This document shows positions 62,667 to 64,000 of a stretch of 64,000 bases of DNA, one piece after another. Source of the stretch: Nitrosopumilus sp. (GTDB lineage: Archaea > Thermoproteota > Nitrososphaeria > Nitrososphaerales > Nitrosopumilaceae); assembly GCA_965205425.1 (NCBI GenBank), contig CBDBGZ010000009.1, positions 832,001-896,000 on the forward strand, in the 5' to 3' direction. Below the pieces are notes generated by a model. That model made no database searches and was not told the origin of the DNA. It worked only from the letters and a program-made list of their open reading frames with translations. The position numbers and the translations under genes were made by a program. Every line of letters begins with the position of its first letter. The stretch's first letter is position 1.

Positions 62667-64000
62667 TTACTCAACATATATTGAATCCTTGCCTTTTAAA
62701 TATATGCGGTGGTTCTTGCTTGACTGTGATTTTTTAGGAAAGTCTGATCTTATGAAATACCCTATACTTTCTTGACGGTTAAGCGAGGAGACAAGTATTG
62801 ATTTTATGAAAACATCTTTTTCTTTTTTTATACACTTTGACAAATAAGCTGCATCTTTTATCATTCTTATATTTGATTTTGGCGGGCTAAATGATGATAT
62901 TTCACATTCGATTTTTTTCATTTTACAACTAGATGCCGCATTTTCACCTGCAATTTTTCCAAATACTAGAGATTCAACTATGCCATTTCCTCCAAGTCTG
63001 GATGAGCCATGTAAACCTCCAATTATCTCTCCTGCAGCATACATGTTGTCTATTGTTGTTTGTGCGTTTTTATCAATTTCCAACCCACCTAAAGAATAAT
63101 GATATACCGGCATTATTCGAAGTTTTTTGTTATTTAGGAAATTTAATGTCTTGCCATAAACTGTATTGTTGATAAGACGTTTTATCATATCATTGTCAAC
63201 TGAACTGTAATCTAAAAATATTTTACCGCCTGTGGATATTTTATTTATGAATTCTGAATTTATTTTAGATAGTTGATGATGATACCTATTTTTCCTTATA
63301 CTGTCCTCCAGATATTCAGGCAGAAATCTTTCTCCGAATTCATCTATTATGTCTGGGTATTCTAACACAGTTCCTGCGATTATGCTGTTTGTAGAATATA
63401 TTCCAAACGGATGCACCATTATGAATTCTGGGTTTGACAACACTCCTCCATTTCTAAATGCTGCAGATATGCCCATGCCATTTACTGTACTAGGGTTATC
63501 TGAGGGCCCGACTGAATTTGAATATCCTCCAGTTGCAAGTATTGTTGAGCCAGAAAAAAACATTACAAGATCATTGTTTTTTCTAAAAACAGCCCCATGA
63601 CACCGATTGTTTTCTACCATAAGATCAACTAAGGCAAACCCATAAAATTCTTCGACGTCATAATTTTGGATGTTTTCTCTGATTGACTTTATTATTTGAT
63701 TACCACTTTTACTGATTGGCATGTATCCAAACTCTGTTTTTATCATTTCTGTATTTTTTCTAATATGATCTGTTTCGGATTCTGATAAATTACACAATGT
63801 TTCAATTAGATCTTTATTCCCCAAATGATCACCTGTCTGATTAACCAAATCTGCGTTTTGATGATATCTTGTATTAGCTGGACTTTTGGTACTATTTCCA
63901 ACATTGTTTTTTGATACGATGGCAACCTTTCTTCCATATGATGCAGTCTCCATTGCTGCACGCATTCCAGATATGCCTGATCCAATTACAAGAACATCTG
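62667..64000 (-). CDS. FAD-dependent oxidoreductase (L-aspartate oxidase NadB / SdhA-like); 5' end outside window
   Basis: DVLVIGSGISG (window edge), LATGG, HYSLGG, AAGE..GLHGSSRLGGN, RQES.G..IRSDFP. Confidence 0.8.
   Translation of the reverse strand, partial: DVLVIGSGISGMRAAMETASYGRKVAIVSKNNVGNSTKSPANTRYHQNADLVNQTGDHLGNKDLIETLCNLSESETDHIRKNTEMIKTEFGYMPISKSGNQIIKSIRENIQNYDVEEFYGFALVDLMVENNRCHGAVFRKNNDLVMFFSGSTILATGGYSNSVGPSDNPSTVNGMGISAAFRNGGVLSNPEFIMVHPFGIYSTNSIIAGTVLEYPDIIDEFGERFLPEYLEDSIRKNRYHHQLSKINSEFINKISTGGKIFLDYSSVDNDMIKRLINNTVYGKTLNFLNNKKLRIMPVYHYSLGGLEIDKNAQTTIDNMYAAGEIIGGLHGSSRLGGNGIVESLVFGKIAGENAASSCKMKKIECEISSFSPPKSNIRMIKDAAYLSKCIKKEKDVFIKSILVSSLNRQESIGYFIRSDFPKKSQSSKNHRIYLKGKDSIYVE

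Noticed and set aside
1221..63600. Many short antisense or overlapping ORFs in the track (e.g. 1638-2057, 17069-17443, 41023-41340, 54827-55210, 58916-59278)
   Set aside because: Shadow ORFs opposite well-supported genes, with no recognisable motifs.

Overview
AT-rich archaeal window that looks like a Nitrosopumilus-type thaumarchaeote (gatDE, CDC48, uL2, pelota, tetraether synthase Tes, archaeal SRP RNA). It has four zones. (1) 1-8.4 kb is core genes, including the 5' end of SRP RNA and an unannotated box C/D sRNA. (2) 8.4-36.3 kb is a surface-glycan island with GT4s, WecB/WecC-like enzymes, a flippase, sulfotransferases and a pseudaminic/nonulosonic-acid-type pathway, followed by IS481 and a decayed IS1595. 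(3) 38.4-45.3 kb is core genes. (4) From a tRNA-Leu-like 3'-end fragment (probable att site) at 45332-45350 to the window end is an IS-riddled integrated element. It carries four divergently arranged pairs of a secreted protein plus a small membrane protein. These share signal/pro sequences but have variable C-termini, and are a candidate archaeal polymorphic toxin/immunity or cassette-shuffling system. The element also has an aminotransferase/kinase/NDK-like operon, an iteron-rich probable origin between two RHH genes and a truncated second MCM, and chorismate mutase plus a NadB-like oxidase. All assignments come from motif recognition by eye; no database searches were run.
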